Part shown: positions 1-12,789 of the stretch, in pieces
Layout: every line of letters starts with the position of its first letter
Position numbering within the stretch: position 1 is the stretch's first letter
Assembly: GCF_006345805.1 (NCBI RefSeq)
Contig: NC_043001.1
Coordinates: 57,598,001-57,662,000, forward strand
Length of the DNA stretch: 64,000 nt
Source: Octopus sinensis
Lineage: Eukaryota
Reading direction: 5' to 3'
Program-made: the position numbers and the translations under genes
The notes under the pieces: generated by a model
The model's database searches: none
The model's input: only the letters and a program-made list of their open reading frames with translations
Told to the model about the DNA's origin: nothing

Positions 1-439
1 AATTTCTGTGGATATTGAATTTTGTTGAAATTCCAACATCAAATATTCCATTTGGAATATCTATGTTTTATCATCCTACGTCATATTTACGATGTCGCGG
101 TGCTGGTGCCAGTTTAGAAAGTCGAATTGTTCAAATTAACTTCACTCTCTCATGTTTGTGTATCAACAAATTCCATCCGCTATCTTTAGAACAAGTTCGC
201 TCTTTGTTATAATATTGTTTTGTTATAACGCCCGCTTCGGCATACAGTATTCTTAGTAAAATCGGCAAGGCTACATTCATCTATGACCACCTACTTCGTA
301 CGATTTCTTTTAATGTCCCCACAGAAGCGACGTTACAATGACGGACAAGTGTACGTACACAGAGTGACTACAATGAAATGATTACAATGAAAATAACAAA
401 TATAATGAAATCGAATGAATATATTTTCAAAGTTACAGA

Positions 440-601
440 GGCACAGGAGTGGCTGTGTGGTAAGTAGTTTCCTTACCTATCACATGGTTCCCGGTTCAGT
501 CCCACTGCGTGACACGTTGGGAAAGTGTCTTCTACTATAGCCTCGGGCCGACCAAAGCCTTGTGAGTGGATTTGATAGACGGAAACTGAAGGAAGACCGT
601 C

Positions 602-638
<37 letters not shown>

Positions 639-900
639 GTGTGTGTGTGTGTATGTGTGTGTACATACGTATATGTATATGTTTGTGTGTCTGTGTTTGT
701 CTCCCCAACATCGCTTGACAACCGATGGTGGTGTGTTTACGTCCCCGTCACTTAGCGGTTCGGCAAGAAAGACCGATAAAATAAGTACTAGGCTTACAAA
801 GAATAAGTCCTGGAGTTGATTTGCTCGACTAAAGGCGGTGCTCCAGCATGGCCGTAGTCAAATAACTGAAACAAATAAAAGAATAAGAATAAAAGAATAA
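440..900 (+). mobile_element. tRNA-derived SINE (Octopus-type) with internal (TA)n/(TG)n tract
   Basis: Head GGCACAGGAGTGGCTGTGTGGTAAG...GGTTCAGTCCCACTGCG resembles A/B boxes; 3' tail of AAAGAATA-like repeats; the same head recurs at ~35682. Confidence 0.85.
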
Positions 901-984
901 ATAATTAAAAATTCCTATTATTTACATCACCGGGTTATTTGACTCACCGCCGTTATCCGCCGCATTCCCTTTTATCGCCGGATG

Positions 985-2030
985 GCTGCACTTAGCCATT
1001 TCCATTCATCCGCAACATTCTTACCACTGTCGTCCATCTTTTATCAAACGTTCTATGCGACAGGTATCTCCTCTCAAGCCGGATTTTATTTGGATGTGGT
1101 AGTTAAAATAACTAACCAACCCTTGTTAGGAGATGAATGAACATATCGCGATCCCTTTCACTCGTGTTATCCACACTGTCTCTTTCAGTATGGCCACTAC
1201 GCAGAGGAAACAAATCCTCTTTACCTGTTCAGGGAGGAGAGCGGCACAATCTTAAAAATAGATTCAACTGATAGCTGTACTCTTTCTGTCGTTGATAACA
1301 GCTGCTCGATATAGGTTATCAATTCCCTATTTTCCTTACACTGTACGAAGGCGTGCAGGACAGTTTCACTGTCCCGCTCGCACCCAAACAGGTCAGTGAG
1401 ATGGCACAACCGTGCCTTGACGACCTCTCTCGAATAGGTAAGGCGGATCGATAACCCAACCAGGTCAGGGATTTCTGGTAATTATCCAGAGACTCCTACC
1501 CGAAAGTTCTTTCTAGAAAGTTGGTTAACTGATTTCTATCGAAGCTTAGAGTCTCCCCCTGACATGAACTCTATCGACCCGCTATAGAGGTCAGCTGCCG
1601 ATATTGACCGCTCGGGAGAGTAGCGTAAGCGCTTGTCGGCATTCTAGCAGCCAATCAATCAGTCTGGGTTTCCGCTTGATTCAAAGACCTAACTCCCGAA
1701 GTTGTGGTAAGAAAAACTTCACGAGCGGTGATCACACCTGTTCTCTATCCTAGTAGAGCCAAAGGTGCCTAAGACTTAGTGCAAACTTGCGCATCTTCAG
1801 CCATGGCATTCTTAGCTCACCCTTTAACGGCTTTTGGCAACAGATAGAGCGCCTTACAATTGGTACACCTCTCCACAAAAAGCGGAAAAGGAGACGCTCC
1901 AATTCCTCTCTACTTGGAGATCCGGACCAAACCAGATTTCTAGCATCTTAACCGGACTCTCTCCAACGTCCCACAACGTTATTGGACGGCATTGACTTGC
2001 CCCTCTACCACCTACAAAGTACTCCGTTAC
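985..2030 (-). pseudogene. L1-Tx1 clade LINE, decayed ORF2 C-terminal part
   Basis: Minus-strand fragments LFRFLWRGVPIVRRSICCQKP, CCHC-like GCERDSETVLHAFVQC and a C-terminus ...RWTTVVRMLRMNG*; frameshifted. Confidence 0.75.
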
Positions 2031-3234
2031 TTCACGTACTTCTCTTTACTAATAATGACTAGGTTATTCCATTCATCACGCGGGTGGGTGTACAATTATT
2101 ACTAATTTCCTACAACATCTCCCCTCTTAAGTTTTTCTTTGGAAGTGTCTTTTTTTTTAGCAATAATATTTCTATTCACCCCCACCTCCATTTTATGAGT
2201 TTTTCTTTCGCTTAATTTAATATTTTTTTGTGCTTGTCCTCTAATTTTAATCTTTGCTGATACATCTATTGGTTAGAATATAATTGTCCTAGTTCACATC
2301 GATCGGGACAGTTTATCGTTCATTGTGAACAGTGCAAAATATGAATGTATGTGATGCAAGTGATGTCCAGAATATTTTTGTTGTAAACTAGTGTAGTCAA
2401 CTAGAGTTGCATGAGCTTACATTTGTAAATATCCACCAGGTGTTAGGACATTACCTGCGTACATGTATTTTTGCATTTATGTGCAACACTGGTTTGATAG
2501 TTCTCCTCAAACATGGTGTTATATGACGTTGGGTAATAATTTGGACGCTGTGATGTTATGAGTTGCCATTAAACAACGTTCATTTATTTTTACTTATAAA
2601 ACTCAATTTAAATAATCTTTTTCAAATATAAAGATAAAACGAAAGAAATATTGGAAACAAAGGAAGCAGAAATAAATATCATTTACCATTGGCTGTCGGC
2701 AAATAGTCGAATGTATTCTACTTGAAATGATGTGTAGAATTTCCATGCTTATGTGAAGCAAAAAAGTCAATAACACATTTTTATAACTTCCTAGTTAAAA
2801 TTTAGTATTCATAGATGGCTAACGAATAGTTATCTTTTCTTAGAGCAGTTTTTCTTTTAAGAATTTAAAAGTAGCTAGCCGGATTCTCGAAACTTGTATA
2901 AAGTGGTCACTTATGTAGCTTGCTCGATCTACAGAACAGAAAATACATTGCACTGACAGCTTTTAATAAAACAAATTTATATTACTTATTTCATTTTCAT
3001 TTCAAAACATTTCGAATTTAATACCCAAAGAGTAACTCAGAACAAAAAAAAAAAAACGAAGACATGGTTCAAAGTGATTTTTGCTTCATCATTCAATACT
3101 TAACAATCCCCGCTGACATGGAATACAATTAATCCAGTTTTAGGAGTTTGTAGTGATAACTCGAGAAAGGGACGTATATTCACGTGAATCTAAAGACATA
3201 TTTTATTTTCGAATCATTCTTTCTTTTCCGTCTG

Positions 3235-3452
3235 AAGTATTGGTTTAAAATTTTGGTACAAGGCCAAAAAGTTCATAGGAAGGCGTTAAGTCGATTATAC
3301 TGATCACAGTACTTCACTGGTATTTTTTTTATCGGCTCCAAAAGGATGAAAGGCGAAGTCGACCTTGATAGCATTTGAACTGAGAATGCAAAATGCACGA
3401 AATACCGCAAAGCCTTTTGTGCGGCGTGTAAACGATTATATTAGCTCACTGA
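3235..3452 (-). mobile_element. Decayed tRNA-derived SINE (second family)
   Basis: Matches the copies at 60001-60203 and 60667-60808 (AAGTCGATTA...CTGGTA...GGATGAAAGGCGAAGTCGACC...TTTGAACT). Confidence 0.75.
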
Positions 3453-3474
3453 CATTTTTATTCTAAGATATTGA

Positions 3475-3945
3475 AAGCACACAAATTTACCTTTCCTCGT
3501 CATATAAGACTTATATCTAATGTCTTTGTGGACAACATTTCTGACTGTTCCTTCTGACACATGGTGATCTTTTGTAATTGACGTCAGGGACTTTCTGGGA
3601 TTGTAATCAATGGTGGATAAATTGCTGGATAAATTCAGGTGTTCTGATGATTTCAGAGCAGTTTAGAATGCGTTTTATGTTATGATACTGGTGATACGTT
3701 TCCTTCTTCAGTCTCTAGCTCCTTATAAACTTTGTAGACGAAATATCTGGGAACTTTTAAAAATCGAGATATTTCTAAATGACTATGCTCAGTCCTTATA
3801 ACTACAATAACTGCATGCCCCTTCCTTTCTTGAGAAAACGGAGGGTCTGCCATTATTGTTTTCTGAAACAAAGATGACACAGTGTTAGCAAAACATGTAG
3901 CAATTACCAAAAAGGTATGTCATCAAATGTCTTACGCACCCAGTG
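3475..3945 (-). pseudogene. Tc1/mariner transposase 5' fragment (HTH region)
   Basis: HAVIVVIRTEHSHLEISRFLKVPRYFVYKVYKEL, then frameshifted NPRKSLTSITKDHHVSEGTVRNVVHKDIRYKSY; abuts (TA)n. Confidence 0.7.
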
Positions 3946-3946
3946 T

Positions 3947-3984
<38 letters not shown>

Positions 3985-4189
3985 CGATAGGTGAATGGAT
4001 TATCCTATGTTTACCTTCAACATGAAAAGTTCGATGAACCGATACCAGGGTAGCAAATTCACGTCAGAAACACGGTTGAAGCGACCTATCCAAAGGTAGA
4101 CACTCCGAGTTCATGTGCAGAAATGTGTGTGTTATATATGAATAAATAAATAAGTGGAGTTGAACGAAGAGGTTAACAAAATTCCTTTA

Positions 4190-4268
4190 CTCTCTACATA
4201 TGTTTCGAAGACAACGTGGTTTTATTCCAAAGGAATAAACGGTGTACGATGCAATCTTCTCATCAGGA
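4190..4268 (-). ncRNA. Minimal type I hammerhead motif (core intact, stem I short)
   Basis: Minus strand reads TC-CTGATGA-GAAGA...TCTTC-GAAA-CATAT-GTA-GAGAG. Confidence 0.6.
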
Positions 4269-4631
4269 TTCCATATTATCTTCTCTAAACACACTTATAG
4301 AGAAATCATACAAATGTAAACACTGGTAGAAACATACTTTTTACTCATATAAATGATTTCGATAGTCATTATAGTTTGAACAATTAGTTTAACGTGCACT
4401 CCACTTCAATAGAAAAATTCTTTCCTAAGCCTTTGAACAATCTATTAATCAACGTACCCCTCCCTCTCTATTTGTTCCCTTCTTATTATTCCTTTAACTC
4501 TTCTCTTCCTACTATCTAACTTTGACGTCAATTCTACTAACGGTTTTTTAAACACTTATTAACGTTTTGTTTACCATGTAGGCAGTCATCGTAGTTATTA
4601 TTTTGTCTTGTTGTTGAGAGAGGCTTCCTTT

Positions 4632-4713
4632 CTTTCCTGATGAGAAGATTGCATCTTACACCGTTTATTCCTTTGGAATAAAACCATGTCGTCTTCGAAA
4701 CATATGCCGAGAG
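4632..4713 (+). ncRNA. Minimal type I hammerhead ribozyme motif (cleavage triplet mutated to GCC)
   Basis: CTTTC-CTGATGA-GAAGA...TCTTC-GAAA-CATAT-GCC-GAGAG; stems I and II pair; the inverted copy at 4190-4268 keeps GTA. Confidence 0.65.
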
Positions 4714-4764
4714 TAAAGGAATTTTGTTAACATCTTCGTTCAACTCCATTTATTTATTTATTTA

Positions 4765-4801
<37 letters not shown>

Positions 4802-4806
<5 letters not shown>

Positions 4807-5736
4807 ATGTAGGATAATTTTTTTTCGAAAAAAAAATTTTATCAATGGCCAACATATTAAAAAATACTTTTAAAAGTTAAATTTATTAACAACTTATAAA
4901 TAAGGGCAAACGAAAATAATTCTAATGCCAAATATGCCGATAGCTACTCGAAAAAGGTCGACATAAATTTCTAAAAAATTCCATTATTACCACATGGGAC
5001 CCATTTCAGGATTAGTTCGTAAGAACCCTCCCTTCGTCAGTGATAAATGTGGCAAAGAAATAAATGAGATATTTACTCTTACCCATGGAAGAAGCAAACA
5101 CTAAATCATGAGCACAACTGAGCATCCCAAACACATCCAAAATAGAAATTCTCTAGCCCATTCGAGACAAGTGCAATTTGAAATGAGGCTCTCACAGAGT
5201 GAGAGTCCGGAAGTGAACACTATTAAATTTATACTTAATGTAGGATAAAATTTTAAGAATGGCATTCGTTTGCCCTTATTTGTAAGTTGTCTATAAATTT
5301 AACCTTTAAAGGTACGTTTTAATATGCTGGCCTTTGATAATTTTGTTTTCGAAAAAAAAATTTACCCTACATTAAATATAAATTTAATAGTGTTCACTTC
5401 CGGACTCTTTCACTGTGTCTCGAATGGGCTGAAGAATTTCTATTTTGGATGTATTTGGGATGCTTAGTTGTGCTCATGACTTAGTGTTTGCTTCTTCCAT
5501 GGGTATGAGTAAGTATCTCATTTATTTCTTTGCCACATTTATCACTGACGAAGGGAGAATTCTTATGAACTAACCCTGAAATCGGTCCGATGTGGTAATA
5601 ATGGAATTTTTAGAAATTTCTGTCGACCTTTTTCGAGTAGTGTGCGTATTGTGAAAAATTATATGGTTATGGTCAATTTGTCAAATTTCGGCATATTTGG
5701 CATTAGAAATTTTTTCGTTTGCCCTTATTTGTAAGT

Positions 5737-5739
<3 letters not shown>
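4802..5739. repeat. Inverted pair of ~450-bp PLE pLTR-like units
   Basis: 4802-5250 is a diverged reverse complement of 5266-5739; each arm ends by repeating its own start; bounded by (TA)n. Confidence 0.8.
5541..5595 (+). ncRNA. Minimal type I hammerhead motif
   Basis: CTGACGA(5545-5551)-AGGG...CCCT-GAAA-TCG-GTC; stem I imperfect; inverted copy at ~4992-5046. Confidence 0.55.
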
Positions 5740-5776
<37 letters not shown>

Positions 5777-6479
5777 AAAACTTAACAGCTAAAATAGTGA
5801 AGTGAGATATTTACAGTGATGGTTATGGGAACATGAATTAAGATATATATACTAAGACCAAAGTTGATTATGCTATCATATCTAGGCGTGTTTTGTATTT
5901 TTCAATAAATATATCTATTTATTTAAACGTTCGAGTACAGAAATTGTTACTTTTCTCTGATAGGCGTGAAAAACTGAAGTATGGTTGGACATTCCCTGCA
6001 TATCTCTCTATGTGTTTACTCAAATCTATCTGTACTGTGGGAAATGGATATATATAAAAAATGTAGTATACATATAGATACATATATATATATATATATA
6101 TATTTATACAAACAAACATATGCATATATGAGTACTCCCGTACTCATATATGTTTACCTACAGTAAACAACATGAAATAAAAAAAACAAATGAGTTCAAT
6201 ACGCAAACAACGAGAGAAGAGAAACAAATGTATCTTCGAAGACAGTTGCTCCCATAAGTACCAAAATGAAATTTGGGATTTATGGAGTGTCAAAGTTGGG
6301 AACAAAACAGGACCGTTGAAACATACAAGGAAACCGAACGAAAACAAACATGGAGTGTCGTTAGACGAGAACGGGAGTAAAATAGCAAACGCTGGAGAAG
6401 TATTCTCTTTGACAAGAGAAAAGATAGAAGAGAAATAACCGTTGTCTTCATATGCTTGAAACATTTATGGAACATCTAC

Positions 6480-6900
6480 GCTATCAAGGAAAGCATATAC
6501 GTTAGTCGCTGTTGTCAACGATGGCTTAGGTTTGTGGGAAGTGGATAATTCCAGATCAAACATGTACAAGTCTGTTGACATTCACATAATTATTTCGTGC
6601 AGCCATATTACGAATGATGAAATAATGTATAAGACAGGACAAAATAACCTAAGAGATAAAAAAGACTTAAGATGGTTAAAGATGTTAAAGCCAAACTCTA
6701 TGCATGCCGAGAAAGGGATCTGAGAGGAAATAGCTTGAGTGGAAACCAGAATGCAGTGTGTGTATAAAATGTGGTTCCTCTCAGGGATTATTGAGAGAGA
6801 GTGGAAGTAAGACGCGGCAGACGACGGCCTGGTCTGGATACAGGTTCTTGGCGTGACCGTGTTGAAAGACCTTTCATCACCAGATGATCCATTGGGGACA
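6480..6900 (+). pseudogene. Probable RTE-clade LINE remnant
   Basis: HITNDEIMYKTGQNNLRDKKDLRWL resembles the RTE thumb motif H(I/V)TNEEV...RLRW; otherwise decayed. Confidence 0.4.
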
Positions 6901-7746
6901 AGTGGTAATGAGCTTAAAATATTTATACGTGTATTTGTGTGCATAAATGTAAGTACGTATACTTGTATGTATATATGTATTCGGGTATATAGAAATACGT
7001 GTAGCTACCAAAGAATTTTGAAGGACTGTAATATATAAGTTATTACATTTGTTCGCTTAAATCTGTGTATGTATGTGGTGTGCTTGTGTGTGATTTGTGT
7101 GTATATACGTGTGTGCATGCGCGTGGTTCTGCATGCGTGTCTAAAAGCATTTATAGTTGTAGCATAGCTGCAGGTAATGCATCGTTGTTGATGAAATTTG
7201 CACGAGCTGATGTTAGTAAGTACATAAACAGTTAAAACTTCGGCCTCCAACAGAAATTCGCAGACACGCAGGCACAAACAAACGCACACATACTCACACA
7301 CACAGAAACACACGGAAACAAGTAATACACTTTTAAAGTTAGAAACATATTAATGCAAATGTACTTACAAATATATGTATGATCACATGTACACACACAT
7401 TCACTATAATGACTGATTAAAGCTTTCACAATGATTGAATTGAACGGAATGTCTTTCAAGTATCAAAATATTTCTTTTTCAAGAGGAAATTCAGCAATAA
7501 CATTTTTTTGTAATGTTTAATTTATCGAGTTGACCGAGTGAATAAATCTTAGGTAGAATAAGAAATTTTAATCCCCAGACGATTGAGGATTTACCGCTTT
7601 TCTTCATATATATATCTAAATGTGTTTTCAGATGAATAAATTTGATGATTGCACACACACACACATAGTCACGCGCGCTAGTAGACATAGTACACATACT
7701 TGCATATATAGTGACACATTTATATCTATATTTCCATGCATATGAC

Positions 7747-7749
<3 letters not shown>

Positions 7750-7810
<61 letters not shown>

Positions 7811-7813
7811 GAT

Positions 7814-7854
<41 letters not shown>

Positions 7855-7925
7855 GAGAGAGAGAGGAGAGAGAGAGGGAGAGAGAGAGGAGAGAGAGAGA
7901 GGGAGAGAGAGAAAGGAAGAGAGAG
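7750..7925. repeat. Compound microsatellite (CA)n(TA)n(GA)n
   Basis: Direct reading. Confidence 0.95.
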
Positions 7926-8992
7926 AGTTGTTTAATGTACAGTCTTGTACATGTATGTATATATATATACATATATATATATATATTTGTAAGTTGATAT
8001 ATACGTATATAAATCATAGTTTGTATACACACATACACATATATTAATCTAAGTATGTATTGTTACATCCCAGTGGGCGTAATCTATATTATGCAATGAT
8101 ATATGATATTGTGCAATGTTATGTATACATGTATATATATATATATACATTCTCTTAAATATTCTAGAAACCATTTCAGATTGATAAACATTGTGAAATA
8201 TTCAAAATAGTTTAGAAAGTTCCACTAAATGTTTATTTAATACGATATCGAGCTACACAACTTGACTCACAACTTTAGATATGTATATGTTTATTTATCT
8301 TATATAGATTCATGTTTATTTTGACTCATATAACAATAGATATATTGAAGAATATTCACTGCCTTAAAAACATGCGTATGGAATGAACTAACATTTTACT
8401 TTTGCAAAATGTACTCTTGATATATAGTCTCTAAATGTTGTAAAAGTATTATAATCCAGTCTAGTTCGTACATCTCTGCGTGCCTGGCCTTACATATATC
8501 ACAATAGTTAATGTTACGCCTATAAAACTTATGATGTATTTAAACGTAGCATTCGTCGTGACAAGACGTTCTTTTCATAGCTCCGGCCAGTCAGTAGCCA
8601 AATACGCATATTTCAACTCAAGCCAGCAGTAACTTTCCTTGTTTTAGTCCCAGAACTCTTGAATTCTACTATTCTACTACTTTACTATCATCGGAGGATA
8701 AATTTACACAAATTTATATACAATCTGGAGAAATAAATGTAAACCAAAACTAAACCCAAGACTAGTTCTACAACTATTCCCGTGAGTACAATTCCTTTCT
8801 CTTGATTTGTATTAAACACACCGCTCATTCTGATTTGTATTAAATACACTTGACTCCCCCCCCACACAAACACACCCAGATATAGCCACGCATTTCCGAA
8901 TATATCAACACAAACTTTTCAACAGTGCATTCACTATTATACATCAAGTCATCAATAACTGTCGTACAGTGTATAATACTGTCCCACTGAAT

Positions 8993-10578
8993 ATGGCCAA
9001 TAATATTCTAAAACACCACTGGGTAGAAAACGAAATCAGTGCACTGATAAACGTTTGGTACACTCACCATAATGATTGTCTAAAAGCTAATGTCTACGGT
9101 AAAATCGCTGAAAAATTAGCAAAACAATCTGTATAACAGATCGAAAACAAAATAAAAGAAGTCACATGATCATTTCATATTTTACACACGCACATGGCAA
9201 CACTAGAAGCCATACTTGTCAATGGATGTAGTGCATCAAATGACCCAATTCCAACAGGTCAGGGGTCACTTAAACAACCCGCTAGCCAGCAACAAACAAC
9301 ATCCTCTTTGATATCGCTATCTGACCTAATTTCACCCAACACTACCTAGGCAAGCCAGGACTGACTATCAGAACAACAACAGCTTGCTACTGCTACTACA
9401 TTGGGAGCACCTTGTTTGGCACCACTATCTGACCTGATTCCACCCACCCCTAATGTTGCAAGTCAAGTTTCACTGCTGCTACAGCAACAACAACAACAAC
9501 AACAGTCTGCTACTGCTACTACAATAGGACCACTGACCAACGAGTCTGCCAGAATAGAAAAACCTCTACTATGTCCACGTCAAAAACCTTGTCGTTATCA
9601 TTCTCAAGGCAACTGTAGATTTGGCTCCAGCGGCACCAACAACAAGGGACGCTGTGGTCTTTTCCATCCTACCTTATGTCGTAGACTTGTTAAGCGCACC
9701 TGTCCATATGGTATAACTGGAAAAAAGTGCTCTCACCTCCACCCCAAATACTATCCTAGGTACTACTATCGAACTATCGCGTTAGCTAGTCTTAAATAGT
9801 CGATCCTACAATGACTTGCGCGTGGTTGTATTTCAAGGCTGAATACATATCAAAGAAAATTAAATGATACTTTTCGAACAAAGTAAATAAAACGCAAAGT
9901 AAATAATTTTTAAAACTAAATAACTAAATTATTTTTATAAACAAACTAAGGTTAGGGTTGGGGTTAGGTTTAGAGAGAGGGTTAAAAAGTTGTAGGATCG
10001 ACTACTTATGACTAGCTAGTGCGGATGCGCGCGTACGCGCGCACCGGGACCACTGTTCGCTAGTAGTACCCTATCCTAAATACAGAGTCCATGGCCCTGA
10101 TCCCAAATATGGATGCACAAAAGGCAATCGATGCACCTTCTTCCATCCTAAACTGTGCCAAACTTCTGTGTTACTAAGGATGTGGTTGAACCCAGAAAGT
10201 AACCGCCACCATCTAAAGGGCATAAAACGATCGCAAAATATATATAAACAGTAACAAAGGAGACCTCCGACAACAACAAAAACAAAATACAACTACATTT
10301 CACCTCCGACAATCAAACAACGAAGACAGAACTATGAAAAAACTATAACACCAAATAACATAAACATGAACTATATATCCTCTGACCAAGTGGCAAACCA
10401 AAGAGGCAACTCTTTTTTACTGACTTACCTAGAAAATATGAAGGCCGACCTAAGCCAAGAGATCCAACGAGCTATCAGCAACCATTTATGCAAATCACAA
10501 GGAAAACACACCTACCACCAACTAGAAAATCATACACAAACAGCTCCATACAAAAATTACCCTCATTGCTACCACTGA
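8993..10578 (+). pseudogene. CR1-group LINE ORF1: Myb/SANT-like N-terminus, Q-rich repeats and CCCH zinc fingers, split by a MITE
   Basis: One frame from ATG 8993 with several stops; CRYHSQGNCRFG...CGLFH, CRRLVKRTCPYG...CSHLHP; after the MITE GCTKGNRCTFFHPKLC. Confidence 0.7.
9758..10071. mobile_element. Non-autonomous DNA transposon (MITE), ~314 bp
   Basis: TIRs (A/G)GGTACTACT(A/-)..CGAAC with subterminal TAGTCGATCCTACAA inverted repeats; TATCCT on both flanks; removal restores the ORF1 frame. Confidence 0.85.
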
Positions 10579-10603
10579 ACAACATAAAACATAACTTAGA
10601 ACA

Positions 10604-12110
10604 ATGCAAACATCAAACTACCCTTACCTCGACATTCCTGTTAAATGTACGTGGCATCAATCATTGCCCAAAAATGGAAGATCCCATATATAGAGAGTTG
10701 GCTTGCCGAAACGGCACATTGCTTCTCTTTCTTTATCCTTACTGAAACAACACACATATGGATGCCGATGTGAAAATAAAAGATTTCACCATCGTCCGTG
10801 CAGATCGCACAGACTAGTGATGGGTGATTTTAACCTCCCTCATATAAACTGGCCCACAAATACTCTGAAGTTAGGCAAATGCTCTACATCAGATAAAGCA
10901 GCAGCAGAATTAGTCTTTAATTTAATGGATAAATTCTTCCTGACTCAGCTAGTGCTCGAACCAACAAAACAGAATAAAACAATCTTAGATTTAATATTAA
11001 CCAACCACTCTAGCTCCGTTCACAGTATTTCTGTTGAAAAAACTCTCCTCTCAGACCACGACATGGTACTCTGCAATTTTAATTCCCGGCATATATAAAA
11101 CCAAACCAGCCATTCTCACTCCATGGCACTCATTTGACAACATAAACTTCCACAAAGCGACTGGTCGTTTACTCTCAGTTCCACTAAAATTGAGACCGCA
11201 TGGCAACACTTTGAGAACATTGTCACCTATACATGCTCAAAACACGCTCCTACGATATCCCCTAACACAAACAGAAACCTGCTCTCTAAAAAGAAAAAAA
11301 GAAACACTCATCAGGCGCATCAAAAGACTCAATAAAAAAATCAACCAATTAAAATATTCCCACATACAACATCCACATTCAACAACAATGAAAAGGCTGG
11401 AGTTGGAAAAACTTCATCTGCAGACCGACATGAAAACCGCCATTGAAAATCAAAGAGATCTGGAGGAACAGTGAGTAATCAAAAACATCAAACAGAACCC
11501 AAAAGTGTTCTATTCTTATGCAAATAATCATAGAACAGCTGTCTAACCAAGTGGGCCATTGATCGATGATAACGGGATTCCCCAACACAATGCTAAAGAA
11601 ATATGCAGAAATACTGCAGAAACAATACTGCTCTGTCTATAGTGATACCACTGATAGTGACGTAAGAGAAGCGAACGAAGTTGATTCCCAACATAAAATC
11701 TCAGACATAACCTTCACTGCCTCTGACATCATAGCAGCAATAAATGAGGTCAAATACTATTCTGCTGTAGGTCCTGATAGATTCCCCGCTTGTCTCCTGA
11801 AGGAAACTTACAGTCCCTCTGACCAACCTCTAGAGAAATTCGTTAGACTCAGGTTATATACCGAAACAGCTTCTATCTCAGTCTGTCATCCTGGTTTTCA
11901 AACAGGGAAACAGATCCCTCGCAGTCAGCTATCGCTCAATCTCACTCACCCCCCACATCATTAAAGTGTTTGAAATAGTGTTAAGATCAAGGATAGCTGA
12001 CTTCCTGGAGACCCACAAACACCTAAATGCAAATCAGCATGGCTTTCGCTGTGGCAGGGACTGTCTAACACAGCTCTTACACCACATTGAAGATATACTT
12101 AAAGCCTTAA
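10604..12110 (+). pseudogene. CR1-group LINE ORF2 (APE endonuclease + N-terminal RT), 3'-truncated
   Basis: LLNVRGI, LVMGDFNLPHINW, ILDLILTN, LSDHDMV (APE); SAVGPDRFPACLLK, NQHGFRCGRDCLTQLLHH (RT). Confidence 0.9.
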
Positions 12111-12334
12111 GTACATAGCCAGGATCATCTTAGAAGGAGAGAAACATACTCAAACACTTTATAACACTAAATATATAAATGTGTTGGCCATGAGCTAGAC
12201 CATAGTTTCCAATCCACAAAAGGTCATGACCATTTTTAGTGCATACGAAATATACTTATACAGTATATACAATTTTGGTGGATATGAAGTATACTTATAT
12301 ATATATAATAATATAATAATGTTCGTCCTTCGGT

Positions 12335-12568
12335 TCGAAGATGACCAACTGACATCATCTGATGGAACTGCCGCCATGAGACCGGAGGTGGCTGGTGAGG
12401 CCAATCCGGGCAAGGAAGCCCCTCCCACAGGAACAGAGACCTGGCGCAGCGCAATCACCGTGGGAGCAGGGACAGCCGAGGAGGGACGGATTCGGTCAGC
12501 GGAGAAGAAACGTCAGATGCGTAAAGTCAGAGCCGCCTGCACCAGTAGCACTGCCCCTACCCACTTAT
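12335..12568 (+). pseudogene. RTE-clade LINE C-terminal fragment
   Basis: TETWRSAITVGAGTAEEGRIRSAEKKRQMRKVRAACTSSTAPTH matches RTE ORF C-termini; cut before the terminal C2H2 by a MITE. Confidence 0.7.
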
Positions 12569-12569
12569 A

Positions 12570-12784
12570 TAGTAATCCCTCGACTATTGATGTGATTACG
12601 TTCCCAAAACCCTCGCGATATGTGAAGATCCACAAAGTAGAGACAGTATTGTACTGTATATTTGTCTTTATTATTTTTATAATTTCTTTATTATAAATTA
12701 TATTTTATTATAAATGCAAAACACTATCACGGAGGACTCGACGTAAGCTTAAATAATAAACTGCAATATGGCGAAGGATTACTG
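12570..12784. mobile_element. pogo/Tigger-like MITE, ~215 bp
   Basis: Ends (T)AGTAATCCCTCG and CGAAGGATTACTG, flanked by TA on both sides. Confidence 0.7.
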
Positions 12785-12789
12785 TATCC

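Larger units (their letters stand above)
4133..4775 (+). mobile_element. 5'-truncated Penelope-like element end with inverted terminal segment
   Basis: ~135-bp inverted arms at 4133-4268 and 4635-4775, each with a hammerhead core; flanked by TA-rich tracts. Confidence 0.65.

Noticed and set aside
2030-2135. Minus-strand AAGAGGGGAGA followed by TGTTG, like a polypurine tract plus LTR start
   Set aside because: No second LTR and no recognisable pol sequence upstream
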